Assembly (NCBI GenBank): GCA_965276885.1
Contig: OZ255702.1
Coordinates: forward strand, 1,137,286-1,201,285
Length of the DNA: 64,000 nucleotides
Source of the DNA: Granulicella sp.
Lineage (GTDB): Bacteria > Acidobacteriota > Terriglobia > Terriglobales > Acidobacteriaceae
Direction of reading: 5' to 3'
In this document: positions 1 to 10,038 of the stretch, in pieces
Numbering within the stretch: position 1 is the stretch's first letter
Layout: the number at the start of each line of letters is the position of its first letter
Notes under the pieces: generated by a model
Told to the model about the DNA's origin: nothing
Seen by the model: the letters and a program-made list of their open reading frames with translations, nothing else
Database searches by the model: none
Translations under genes and position numbers: made by a program

Positions 1-125
1 TCAACAACGTCAACCTCAACAATCCCAACCTCACTCTCACCCAGATTCAGAACACAAGCATCCCGCAAATCACAGGGTCCGCCCCGGCCCGGACGCTGCA
101 GTTTGCAGCCAAGCTCACCTTCTAA
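1..125 (+). CDS. C-terminal end of a TonB-dependent receptor (partial, begins before window)
   Basis: Frame from base 3 reads NNVNLNNPNLTL...APARTLQFAAKLTF*. The ending resembles that of the receptor at 14039-17584 (APREIQAAAKLVF*), with a terminal Phe. Confidence 0.75.
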   Translation, partial: NNVNLNNPNLTLTQIQNTSIPQITGSAPARTLQFAAKLTF

Positions 126-406
126 CCTGTCGCAAAAGAGTCTTTTGCTCTTCGGCAATTACCGAGTCTGCCGGAGCGCTAGAGAATAGCCTTTACTGTT
201 GTTCTCGGAGTCCTTGCCATCGCCTGACTCCAGTCATGGACTCTAAGTGCGAAAGATTTCGGACGCTACCGGGTAAGATTTATAAGCAGATCGAAGCGTG
301 GCGCTACAGCCTCTGGGAAACTTTCCGTATGTCTCCCTTTTCCCGCGACCAAAGCCCCTGACAGCGGCGCGATTGCGCTCTATAGCAGGGGGAACAAGGA
401 GAAATC

Positions 407-1951
407 ATGAATCGGCGCAAATTCGTCTCGGCATTGTCTTCGGGAGTCGCGGCACTCGGTTTCAACTCGAGGGTTGCCTCCGCGGCGCCGGCGCCGGAGC
501 GTGAACCGGTCGCCCCCAAGGCGCGCCGGCTAGTCCGCAAGCCCAACGTCATCCTGATGATCTGCGACGATCTCGGCTATGGCGACCTGGGCTGTTACGG
601 GTCCAAGCTGCCCACCCCCAACCTCGACGCCATGGCCGCCGGCGGCATGCAGTTCACCCGTTGGAACTCCGCGCATCCCATCTGCTCGGCCTCCCGGGCC
701 GCGCTGCTGACCGGGCGCTACGGTTTGCGCATGCACACCAACGGGGCGTTCGGTTCGACGTCCCCAAACGGCACCTCGCTGGATGAGACCCTGATGTCCA
801 ATCTCTTCCACGACAAGGGCTACGCCACCAAGGCGATCGGCAAATGGCATCTGGGATTCCCGCCGCCCTACCTGCCCACCAGCCGCGGATTCGACTCCTA
901 TCTGGGGGTGCCCTGGAGCGTCGACATGGCGCCTCTTCCCCTGGTTCGCGATACGCAGACTCTTCAGGAAAACGCAGACCGCGATACGCTTACCCCGCTT
1001 TACACCGAAGAGGCGGTGCACTTTCTGGAGGATCCGCAAAGACACAAGCAGCCCTTCTTCCTGTATATGGCCTTTTCGTACCCTCACGATCCACCGCGGG
1101 CCTCGGCGCGCTTTGCCGATAAGACAGGCTTCGGACATCAGGGGGACTCGATCGCCGAGATCGACTGGAGCGTGGGCGAGGTCATGCGGGCGGTGCAGAA
1201 GCAGGGGCTTGCCGAGGACACCCTGATCCTGTTCACCGTCGATCACGGCCCCTGGTACCAAGGCTCGCCCGGCGCGCTGCGCGGCCGCAAAGCCTCTACC
1301 TTCGAAGGCGGCTTCCGTGTGCCGATGCTCGCGAAATGGCCCGGACAAATAGCGCGAGGGCGCAAGGTGGACGCCTGGTGCTCGCACCTGGACGTGCTGC
1401 CTACCTTGGCCACGATATGCGGCCTATCTCTCCCGGAAAAACCGCTGGACGGAGTGGAGATCTCGAAGGTATTTCTCGACGGTCAGGAAAAGATCGAACG
1501 CAAGCCCCTGCTCTACTTTTCTCCCTTGGGCAATGGCGGCCTGGATCTGCATTGCATCCGCCGCGACCAATGGAAGCTGCGCGTGGCGCAGGCCATCAAA
1601 GGCGAGATCTACATCAACGACCGCACCACGGGAGCAAAGGGCAGTTCCTGGCTGGCCCGGCCCGAGTTGTACAACCTGGAGCAGGATCCGCTGGAGAGCT
1701 ACGACATCGCGCATCTTCACCCCGATATCGTCGCTGAGTTGATGAAGAACCTGGAAGAGCAGATGCCGAGCTTTCCTTCGAACGTGACGACTGCGTACGC
1801 GGCCCTTAAGAACAACAAGGGAGATATTTCAACCCCGCCCGGCGCATCGCCGAGACCGTATGACCCCACATTGCCGGCCGACCGGCCCTATTCATGGGAG
1901 CCGCCGGACCGGAGATCCGGTTCGCTTGAGAAGAATGAATCGCAAACCTGA
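407..1951 (+). CDS. Tat-exported arylsulfatase-family sulfatase
   Basis: MNRRKF twin-arginine signal; DDLGYGDLG; CSASRAALLTGRY active-site motif; GKWHLG; DHGP. Confidence 0.92.
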   Translation: MNRRKFVSALSSGVAALGFNSRVASAAPAPEREPVAPKARRLVRKPNVILMICDDLGYGDLGCYGSKLPTPNLDAMAAGGMQFTRWNSAHPICSASRAALLTGRYGLRMHTNGAFGSTSPNGTSLDETLMSNLFHDKGYATKAIGKWHLGFPPPYLPTSRGFDSYLGVPWSVDMAPLPLVRDTQTLQENADRDTLTPLYTEEAVHFLEDPQRHKQPFFLYMAFSYPHDPPRASARFADKTGFGHQGDSIAEIDWSVGEVMRAVQKQGLAEDTLILFTVDHGPWYQGSPGALRGRKASTFEGGFRVPMLAKWPGQIARGRKVDAWCSHLDVLPTLATICGLSLPEKPLDGVEISKVFLDGQEKIERKPLLYFSPLGNGGLDLHCIRRDQWKLRVAQAIKGEIYINDRTTGAKGSSWLARPELYNLEQDPLESYDIAHLHPDIVAELMKNLEEQMPSFPSNVTTAYAALKNNKGDISTPPGASPRPYDPTLPADRPYSWEPPDRRSGSLEKNESQT

Positions 1952-2175
1952 AGGCAACTCATCGGGCACACGACGATGCCCGTCCTTACGATGGCGATTC
2001 AGAGCGTCTTGACCCCTCTCCTTCTTTGCCGGAGTAAGCGCATCCGGCGGCCTATCAGGCTCAAGCGCCAGGCAGCGCAACGCCTCACGCCGAGGCGCGC
2101 GAAGTAGTCCCGGATGAAGTAGTTCCAGCTATCGTTGCTCAGTCATCGTTGCTCAGGCTGAGATCAGGAGGTCCC

Positions 2176-3465
2176 ATGGTTCCCATACCGCGCGGCGCGG
2201 CACTGGCCGCCACGCTGGCTTTTTTCAGGTGTGCCGGGAGCGCGCATTCGCAGCAGCACTTACCGGAAACAGCGCGGCAGCACTTAGCAGAAGCATCCCG
2301 GCAACCCTGGGTAGGTACCTGGGCCGCCGCGCCCGTGGCCGCGCCCAACACCGCCGCCGACTTCGTCCAGGACCGCACCCTGCGCGAGATCGTCCACGTC
2401 TCCATAGGCGGCCCGGCGCTGCGCCTCGTTCTCAGCAATGAGTTCGGCACGGGCCCGCTCACCATCGGCGCTGTCCAGGCCGCGTCCAGCACTGGCAACG
2501 GCAGCGGCCAGCCCGGCAGCGGCATCCCCGTCAGCTTCAGCGGCCATCCCGGCATCGTCATCCCCGCCGGCGCGCTGGCCGTCAGCGACCCCGTCGTTCT
2601 CAAGCTGCCCGCGCTCTCCGATCTCGCCGTCAGTATTTTCGTGCCCGCGCAGAAGATAGAAATCCTCACCCACCACAAGTTTGCCGACGCTGCCAACTAC
2701 GAGGCCGACGGCAACCAGATCGCCGCGCCCAGGCTGACCCAGCCGCACGTAGTCTCAGATTGGCTCTTCCTCAAGGGCGTGGACGTCGAGGCCCCATCGG
2801 CCAAATCCGGCCGCCACGCCAAGAACCCGCCCGCCGCCATCGTCACTTTGGGCGCCAGCATCACCGACGGCGCGCACAGCTCGCGTGACGCCAACCATCG
2901 CTGGCCGGACGTGCTCGCCCAGCGTCTCCAGGCCAACAAGTCCACGGCCAATCTCGGCGTCCTCAATGAGGGCATCGGCGGCAACCGCCTCCTGCACGAC
3001 GGCGCCAGCCCCAACGCCCTCGCCCGCTTCGACCGCGACGTGCTCGCCCAGGCCGGCGTCAAGTACCTCATCGTGGCCGATGATGCCCTCAACGACATCG
3101 GCGCCGCGCAGAACCCAAGGCAGCCTCATGACGTCGTCACCGCGGACGACCTCATCGCCGCACTCGCGCAGATCGCCGTGCGCGCCCACATGCACGGCAT
3201 CAAGATCTACGGCGCTACGCTGACGCCCTACGTCGGGGCCGGATACGAGTCGCCTGCCGGCGAGCTGATGCGCCAGGCTGTCAACCAGTGGATTCGGTCT
3301 ACCCCCGGGTTCGACGGCGTCATCGACTTCGATAAAGCCACCCGCGACCCCGCCCATCCCGGAGCCTTTCTGGCCGCCTACGACAGCGGAGACCACCTGC
3401 ATCCCAACGACGCCGGCTACAAAGCCATGGGCGACGCCATCGACCTCAGTGTCTTCAGCGAATAA
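2176..3465 (+). CDS. Secreted SGNH/GDSL hydrolase
   Basis: AGGAG RBS before ATG 2176; blocks GASITDG, GIGGN, NDIG, DHLHPND. Confidence 0.88.
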   Translation: MVPIPRGAALAATLAFFRCAGSAHSQQHLPETARQHLAEASRQPWVGTWAAAPVAAPNTAADFVQDRTLREIVHVSIGGPALRLVLSNEFGTGPLTIGAVQAASSTGNGSGQPGSGIPVSFSGHPGIVIPAGALAVSDPVVLKLPALSDLAVSIFVPAQKIEILTHHKFADAANYEADGNQIAAPRLTQPHVVSDWLFLKGVDVEAPSAKSGRHAKNPPAAIVTLGASITDGAHSSRDANHRWPDVLAQRLQANKSTANLGVLNEGIGGNRLLHDGASPNALARFDRDVLAQAGVKYLIVADDALNDIGAAQNPRQPHDVVTADDLIAALAQIAVRAHMHGIKIYGATLTPYVGAGYESPAGELMRQAVNQWIRSTPGFDGVIDFDKATRDPAHPGAFLAAYDSGDHLHPNDAGYKAMGDAIDLSVFSE

Positions 3466-3502
3466 AAGCAGGGCCGTTCATAGGCTTTTCGTTCTTTGTT
3501 AG

Positions 3503-3578
3503 AAGCTGTTTCATAGCCCCGCTTTGAAAGGGCACGGCTTCAGCCGCGCCGCCAAAAAAGGTGCGTAAATCTTGGGTT
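3503..3578. repeat. Partial hairpin repeat (GGC-TTCA-GCC type)
   Basis: Follows TTAG; contains GAAAGGGCACGGCTTCAGCCGCGCCG, like the core of the family A elements. Confidence 0.45.
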
Positions 3579-3582
3579 TTAG

Positions 3583-3797
3583 AGCAAATTCCCCACAGGT
3601 GTACAGTGTCATCTCGACTGGAGCGGGACAGTTTTATCGTCCCGCGTAACGGAGAGACCCCTGTATTTCGCCCGGGGCGTCGAAACATCTGTGTAGCCAC
3701 AAATGAATACAGGGTCTTTCCACTCCGCCCATTCGACTCGCTTTGCTCGCTCAGGGCTCCGGTCGAGATGACACTGCATAGGGAGAGGTAAACCGTT
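3583..3797. repeat. Family E miniature element (about 215 bp) with internal inverted GTCATCTCGA-type repeats
   Basis: Bounded by TTAG and CTAA; internal inverted pair at 3608-3624 and 3756-3772; parts recur at 18585-18737 and 41700-41787. Confidence 0.75.
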
Positions 3798-3890
3798 CTA
3801 ATGCGGGCCGATGGAGACACTTTCCTCTACGTCAAGGCGAAAAAAAGTTCCTCCCCAACTGGCGGCCCAAAGACTCGCGGAGACGGGAAT

Positions 3891-4991
3891 CTACCCTCCG
3901 GTAAATTCAACGGATGAATCAGCCGGGAGAGCGTGAGAACCGCCTTCCCCTTCGGATTTCACCCGGATCACGCGCTCCGGCCCACTGCAGCCGCAGGAAT
4001 TGCGGATAATCAGATCCACAGGCAGGACGATATGCTGGTCGCCCGAACCTGCCGGATCCGGATTCGCAAGGCGCTCAAAAAGCAGCTCGGCTGCGCGTTT
4101 GCCCAATTGGCCAGAGGATTGGCGCACGGCGGTGACAGGGCAGGCAAACAGCTTCCAGTACTCCAGGTCATCGAACCCGATCACCGCGTAATCCTGGGGG
4201 ACGTTGACCGCGAGCTGCTTGAATGCGAGGTGAAGGTTCATCGTAGCCACGTTGTTCAGTGTGAAAATTGCCGTAGGCCCACCTTGCGTCAGACGCCATG
4301 AGCGGATCAGCTCGATGGTTCGCTCCAGTGAGTCAACAGAGGTAAAGACGTGCTCCGGAAGCTTTGCGCTACGCATCGCCATGCGATACCCGGTGATGCG
4401 GTCCTGCACGGCGCCGGTAGCTTCGTCGTAGCCGACGCAGGCGATGCGAGTGTGACCGTGCTCCAGCAGATGTAGCGTTGCCTGGTAGGCGCCTTCAATG
4501 TTGTCTACAAGCACATCGTCGCAAGGAAATTCGAGAAACTGACGGCCAAATGCGACGATGGGTAGGCCACGAGCGTAGAACTGAAGCAGTGGCGGCAGCC
4601 GCCGGCGTGTGGGCACAATCAGGAGGCCTGACATATTCCGCTCGCACAGCAGCTCAATCTCGTCGGCTTCGTGAGCCTCATCGCGCTCGGAGCTGGTGAT
4701 CAGCGAAAGATAGCCATGCGCTGCCGCGACCTTCTGCGCCTCGTTTGCGCACATTGCAAAGAAGTTATCGCCTAGGTCGGGAACAATGATCCCGATCGTG
4801 TTGGAGCGTCCGCCCTTAAGGGAGCGCGCGATTTCATTCGGACGGAATCCAAGTTTCGCGATGGCCCGGAGAACGCGCTGTTCCGTTTCTTTCCCCACGT
4901 AGCCGCTCTTATTGATGACCCGCGACACGGTCATTTTCCCTACGCCTGCAAGCTGCGCAACATCGGACATGGTAGCGGGTGCTACCCGCAT
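3891..4991 (-). CDS. LacI-family transcriptional regulator
   Basis: HTH TMSDVAQLAGVGKMTVSRVIN, hinge PNEIARSL, periplasmic-binding-like domain ending IIRNSCGC. Start is ATG 4991 or 4970 rather than the ORF-track start. Confidence 0.93.
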   Translation of the reverse strand: MRVAPATMSDVAQLAGVGKMTVSRVINKSGYVGKETEQRVLRAIAKLGFRPNEIARSLKGGRSNTIGIIVPDLGDNFFAMCANEAQKVAAAHGYLSLITSSERDEAHEADEIELLCERNMSGLLIVPTRRRLPPLLQFYARGLPIVAFGRQFLEFPCDDVLVDNIEGAYQATLHLLEHGHTRIACVGYDEATGAVQDRITGYRMAMRSAKLPEHVFTSVDSLERTIELIRSWRLTQGGPTAIFTLNNVATMNLHLAFKQLAVNVPQDYAVIGFDDLEYWKLFACPVTAVRQSSGQLGKRAAELLFERLANPDPAGSGDQHIVLPVDLIIRNSCGCSGPERVIRVKSEGEGGSHALPADSSVEFTGG

Positions 4992-5124
4992 CACCTGCTT
5001 CGCCAAGATCTGACTAACCTCGCCTGAGTCGTTCTCATAATAACGCACGCTTACGCGGGTGTTTTCGCGAAGTACAAACGCTGGCCCGCGAGACTTGGCG
5101 TAAACTCGCCGCATTCGAGAGGGG

Positions 5125-5138
5125 TGATAGCGATATCA
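5125..5138. promoter_or_regulatory. Candidate LacI-family operator
   Basis: TGATAGCGATATCA fits TGnnAnCGnTnnCA and lies between the divergent lacI and sulfatase genes. Confidence 0.6.
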
Positions 5139-5232
5139 TTCACACGCGATGTTTGGTAAAATCCGGTGTTGTTCTTGGATAGCGGCACAAGTGATTTCTA
5201 TGGAGACGATACCGATGAGCGGATTCGCAGGC

Positions 5233-6753
5233 ATGAAGATGGGCCGCAGGGAATTTGTGAAGGCTGGCGTTGCGGCCGGGCTGGGAGCTGCGGTGCGGCC
5301 GAAGTCGCAGGCGAAGAGACCCAACGTGCTGTATGTGTTCAGCGACCAGCACCGCGCTGCGTCGCTGCCGGGCATGCCTTGCAACGAAGCCGCAGCGCCG
5401 AACATTGCCGCGTTCCGCAGCGCAAATTTTTCCATGGACATGTGCGTGTCTAACTACCCGCTGTGCACGCCGTATCGCGGCATGCTGATGACGGGCAAGT
5501 ATCCACACCAGTCAGGACTGGTGGCGGGCGGCGTTAAGATGAACCCTGACGAGTTCACGCTGACCAAGGCGTTCAAGGCGGCCGGCTACCACACCAGCTA
5601 CATAGGCAAGTGGCACCTGGGCCGCGATTCGCAGTTCGTGCCGCCGGGGCCGCTGCGGTTCGGCATCGACGACTACCTTATCTGGTCGAAAACGGACAGG
5701 CACTACAGTTCCTATACCTTTGATCCTGTGACCGGGCAGAAGCTGACGCCGCCCGGTTGGAACGCTACGGCGATGACTGACCAGGCCATCGCGCTGCTCA
5801 AGGCCAAGCCTGCGGGGCCGGATTCGCAGCCGTGGTTCATGGAGGTCTCGTGGAATCCGCCGCATCCGCCATTCGACCCGCCGGCCGCCGACCAGGCGCC
5901 CTACGCTGGGACGCTGCAGAGGAGGCCGAATGTGAAGATCGGCCGGGGCCCGAAGCCGGTGCAGTCGGACGAGAACTTTCATGCGGCTGCACAGGGCTAC
6001 TTCGGCGGAATCACGGGCGTGGACCTGGAGTTCGCGCGGCTGCTCAAGACGCTCGATGAGATCGGCGCGGCCGGCGACACGATCGTCATCTACACCTCCG
6101 ATCACGGCGAGATGATGGGTTCGCAAGGGCTCATGGGCAAGCGGGTGCCGTTCGAGGAGTCGATCCATGTGCCGTTCCTGGTGCGCTACCCGGGCGTGAC
6201 GGGCAAAGGCGGCAGATCGAAGGCGCTCTTTGCGGCCATCGACATTTATCCCACGGTTTGCGGGCTGGCGGGGCTTCAGGTGCCGAAGCACTGCCAAGGC
6301 CGCGATCTCTCCGGCATCATGCGGGGCGAGGCGGCCGAGGCGGCGAAGATTGTTTTCCTGATGAATACCCACGACACAGCGAACAACCCCTACAACGGAG
6401 ACAAGAACACCACCTACGAGATTCCGAACACCCAGCATACAGAGAAGAACATCCACGCCACAGCCAATGAAACAGACGATGCCGGCGAAGAGGGGAACGC
6501 CGAAGGGAAGGCCGGGGGGAAGACCGGGCCGCCCCAGGGGCCGATTTTCCGCGGCGCACGTACAGATCAATACACCTATGCTGTAAACGAAAATGGCCGG
6601 TGGGTGCTGTATGACAATCTTGCCGATCCGTATCAGCTAAAAAATCTGGTGGAGGATGCCCGCCATAAAGAACGGATGGACGGCTTCGACGCGCAGATCA
6701 AGGCATGGATGCAACACACTGGCGACCCGTTCAGCTACCCGGCGATAGCTTGA
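5233..6753 (+). CDS. Tat-exported sulfatase
   Basis: GRREFVK twin-arginine signal; SDQHR; CTPYRGMLMTG; GKWHLG; SDHGEM. Confidence 0.92.
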   Translation: MKMGRREFVKAGVAAGLGAAVRPKSQAKRPNVLYVFSDQHRAASLPGMPCNEAAAPNIAAFRSANFSMDMCVSNYPLCTPYRGMLMTGKYPHQSGLVAGGVKMNPDEFTLTKAFKAAGYHTSYIGKWHLGRDSQFVPPGPLRFGIDDYLIWSKTDRHYSSYTFDPVTGQKLTPPGWNATAMTDQAIALLKAKPAGPDSQPWFMEVSWNPPHPPFDPPAADQAPYAGTLQRRPNVKIGRGPKPVQSDENFHAAAQGYFGGITGVDLEFARLLKTLDEIGAAGDTIVIYTSDHGEMMGSQGLMGKRVPFEESIHVPFLVRYPGVTGKGGRSKALFAAIDIYPTVCGLAGLQVPKHCQGRDLSGIMRGEAAEAAKIVFLMNTHDTANNPYNGDKNTTYEIPNTQHTEKNIHATANETDDAGEEGNAEGKAGGKTGPPQGPIFRGARTDQYTYAVNENGRWVLYDNLADPYQLKNLVEDARHKERMDGFDAQIKAWMQHTGDPFSYPAIA

Positions 6754-7030
6754 TTTTGCGAGGAGTGTCCAAGCGAATTTAGCGAAGTTGGTTCGTCCAG
6801 GCCACGGCTTCCCAAGCCGTGACCTGGTGAGTTCTGCACCGGAAAGCTGTCCGTGTAAAGTGCGGGGACGGAACTGCGATCGACCCGCGAACGTGATTCT
6901 GCTGCTTGGTTCCGCTGGCTTGAGATCGCGAAGCCCAGCTCGCTGGTGCGCTTCGCCACCCACCTGGCACGCGCTGGCAATGCAATACTCTCCGCCCTCA
7001 CGCTGCCTTCGAGCAGCGAACCGGATCTAA

Positions 7031-7889
7031 GAGCCTGTTCACGATCTAGTTACTAGCGGGCTGGGCATTTTGCCTTGACACTTTCCTTATGCGGGAGAAG
7101 GTGTACGGAAGCGATGTGAGCCGGGAGCGGTTTGAGTTGATTCGTCCGTTGTTGGAGGGGGTTCGCAAGCGGACCAAGCCGCGCACGGTGGATCTGTACG
7201 AGGTGTTCTGCGGGGTGTTGTACCTGCTCAAGACGGGTTGCCAGTGGCGCCTGCTGCCGGACGGATTTCCCAAATGGCGCACCGTGCATTCGTACTTCGC
7301 CAAGTGGAGTGAGCCTGGTCCGGACGGCAGCAGCGTTCTGGAGCAGGCCTTAAAAAAAATCGGTTGGCGAGGCCCGCGTCAGACAGGGGCGCAGCGCCAC
7401 GACCAGCTTTCTGATCGTGGACGCGCAGAGCGTGAAGAACACAGACACGGCCACCCAGAAGGGCTATGACGCGGGCAAAAAGGTCTCCGGCATCAAGCGC
7501 CATATCGCGGTCGATACGCAGGGCCTGCCGCACGCTGTGGCCATTACGACGGCCGAGGTGACCGACCGCCAGGGCGCTCTGGCGGCCTTGGATCGTTGCG
7601 CCGGAAACCTGCGGCAAGTCGCCAGCGTGCTGGTGGACGGCGGCTACTCCGGCAAACCGTTCGCCGATGCGGTTGAGCAAAAGCTCGGCGCCACCGTGCA
7701 GGTCGCCAAGCGCAGCGAGTTGCACACCTTCGCCGTCATGCCACGGCGCTGGGTCGTCGAGCGCTCCTTCGCCTGGCTCGAAAAGTGCCGGAGACTCTGG
7801 AAAAACTGCGAACGAAAACTCAACTCCAGCCTGCAAATGGTCCACCTCGCTTTCCTTGTCTTGTTACTCAGAAGATCGTGAACAGGCTC
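7031..7889 (+). mobile_element. IS5-family insertion sequence (two-ORF, IS427-like), 859 bp
   Basis: Perfect 17-bp terminal IRs GAGCCTGTTCACGATCT / AGATCGTGAACAGGCTC; TAA duplicated at 7028-7030 and 7890-7892. Confidence 0.93.
7089..7881 (+). CDS. IS5-family transposase split across two frames at an A8 run
   Basis: orfA has TGCQWRLLP; orfB has DAQSVK, GIKRH, VDGGY, RWVVERSFAW. Losing one A at 7352-7359 joins the frames. Confidence 0.88.
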
Positions 7890-8363
7890 TAACGACAGGT
7901 CCAACCGGATTAAATATCTTAGAGCGGCCTGAGCGGTTTATCCCAGCCACGCCTTCTTGTTCCTTATGGTATCGATCATCTTTCGAGCCGGTGTAATGAG
8001 CCGGGCGCGGTCTGACCGGCAGCAAACCGGCAAATTTGCCCTGTTCTTTTGAAAAAAGATGATCCCAGAACATGGGTACATTCCCGTGTATGCGTGTCGC
8101 CCGGACCCGAAAGGTATCGGAAACATATTTTGACATTGTGTGGTGCGGCGTACTATAAATGTCGCCGAACAAAAAAGACTGCTGGGCGTCGGTACGGAAG
8201 ACGCGTTCGCTCTCGACCCGGCTCCTGGTGTGTGGTATCGAGAACCACGTTCCCAAAACACGATGTAGCAGGAAAGTCATGGAAACACGCTCGTTTCTGA
8301 CGGTACGCAGTCATAGCCAATGGACCACAACAAGAGCAGCAGGAATTGCCAAAGGGAGGCAAA

Positions 8364-9938
8364 ATGACAAACAAAGTTGCTGACGAGATCTGTAATGCTA
8401 GGCGCGAATCACATCTTAGTAACCCAGCAGCGGCTTTTTTCCTGACGATCGTGGCGGCAGCAGGCTTAACCCTAAGTTCCTCGACGGCTCTTGCGCAGAG
8501 CGCTCTCATCCCGACGGTCCTGTCGACTCAAGCGATGGGTCCCATAACCCAGAATCCACTCATCGTTGGCCGGGACGGAACCTGGAGCGCGGTGATCGAT
8601 GGAGTATCCATGTGGACGTTCAGCGATACCAAGGTAGTCGCTAATAACGCCAAGGGAGATTCGCTGATCAGCAACAGCCGGTCCTGGACGACTAATTTCG
8701 ATGCTTCCAATGGCATCGATCTCACGGGTAATGTTTTGGACTCAAGCGGCGAGCCGACCGAATCTTTCCCTTTCACCTCGGACGAGACCGCTTTCAACGC
8801 TGCGCATGCCGCAATCAAAACCGGCTGCACGACAGCGACGGACCCGCTCTGCGGCCAGCAATACGCGATCTGGTCCGCGCCTATTGTTGCAGCTCCGAAT
8901 TCAAGTCCGTATGAGGGGTACTTTTTTTACAAGCTTCTTATGCGCGGCGGGACTATACCGACGCGGGATGTAGTTGGGGTCGGGATTGCCTATCTGCAAA
9001 ACGGCGTGATGACGCGTCCGATTCTTTCGCCGGGGACGGCACATCCGACGCTGATGTGGCAAGAGACCAGCCCGGGGGCGGGCGCCTCTTCCTATGTCGC
9101 CTATTACGCCGGCGGCATCGTGCTGGGGAATGTCCTCTATATGACCAGCTGCGACGTGATCGTCAGCGCTACTCATCAATGTTCTCTTGCACAAGTCCCG
9201 CTAGCGAACATCCTTACCCTGAGCGATTGGACGTATTACAACGCCACGAACGGTTGGCAATCGGACCCGAAGCAGGCAAGTATTCTGTATCCGGGAAGCG
9301 CCAACGGCAGCACGATCATTTACATCGCTCCCCTCAGCGAATATATGACCATGTATACGTCGAAGACCGGTAACAACGTCGTGTTCCGGGTCGCTTCGCA
9401 GCTCACGGGACCATGGTCTGCCGAGCAGGCTCTGTTTGTAGGCCAGCCGCCCATTAACGACGTCTCGACCGATTATGACTATGACACATTTCCGCACCCT
9501 GAGTTTCAGCAGCAAAACGGGCTCGTGCAATACGTGACCTATGTTCAGCATGACGGCGATTTAGGCCAAGGAGGCGAGCAAGTTCAGCTTGTAAAAGTTA
9601 CGTTCGCAGCGGATAACGCGGCGCCGGGCACCGTGGATCTCCAAACCTCGATCACCGGGCTGACCGCGACGAAAACAGGCTACTCGGAGACGCTGACCGT
9701 GACCAACGCGGGCTCCGGCGTGGCGCCAAGCGCCACCGTTCACTCGGCCACTCTCGGTTCGTCCGCGAGCGCTAGCCTTCCCGCCATCTTCGGAGATCTG
9801 CAGCCGGGCAAGTCCGCCTCCGTCACCCTCACCTTCCCCTCCTCCGCGGGCGCGCCCAACACCCCGGCTTTGGAGCGCGTCACCGGCACCTATAACGGCG
9901 GCACGTTCGGCGGTACAACACGCACCACCCTGCCATAA
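8364..9938 (+). CDS. Secreted protein: DUF4185-like N-terminal region plus Ig/CARDB-like C-terminal domain
   Basis: GGGAGG RBS before ATG 8364; signal peptide ending ALA-Q; GRDGTWS...WTFSDT motif; TLTVTNAGSG...GDLQPGKSASVTLTF. Domain names are from recall and not searched. Confidence 0.65.
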   Translation: MTNKVADEICNARRESHLSNPAAAFFLTIVAAAGLTLSSSTALAQSALIPTVLSTQAMGPITQNPLIVGRDGTWSAVIDGVSMWTFSDTKVVANNAKGDSLISNSRSWTTNFDASNGIDLTGNVLDSSGEPTESFPFTSDETAFNAAHAAIKTGCTTATDPLCGQQYAIWSAPIVAAPNSSPYEGYFFYKLLMRGGTIPTRDVVGVGIAYLQNGVMTRPILSPGTAHPTLMWQETSPGAGASSYVAYYAGGIVLGNVLYMTSCDVIVSATHQCSLAQVPLANILTLSDWTYYNATNGWQSDPKQASILYPGSANGSTIIYIAPLSEYMTMYTSKTGNNVVFRVASQLTGPWSAEQALFVGQPPINDVSTDYDYDTFPHPEFQQQNGLVQYVTYVQHDGDLGQGGEQVQLVKVTFAADNAAPGTVDLQTSITGLTATKTGYSETLTVTNAGSGVAPSATVHSATLGSSASASLPAIFGDLQPGKSASVTLTFPSSAGAPNTPALERVTGTYNGGTFGGTTRTTLP

Positions 9939-10038
9939 CGCACTCTCAACCCTCCGGCCCCGAAAGATGGGCTCGCCCAGGTTCCGGGGCCGGTCAACCT
10001 GTCCTGCTGCACCCACTAGCCCATGTCGAGGCAATCCC

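Noticed and set aside
2851-2859. GAS instead of GDS in SGNH block I
   Set aside because: The catalytic Ser, Gly, Asn and DxxH are all present; this is a minor variant.
6900-6963. RDLKP in a minus-strand frame, resembling a protein kinase catalytic loop
   Set aside because: The preceding His and all other kinase motifs are absent; five residues are not enough.
6735-8280. Removing the IS5 joins the minus-strand ORFs 7864-8280 and 6735-7001 into one 227-aa frame
   Set aside because: The frames do join, but the product has no recognisable motif, atypical codon use, no clear RBS, and overlaps the sulfatase 3' end. It is probably chance or a long-dead gene.
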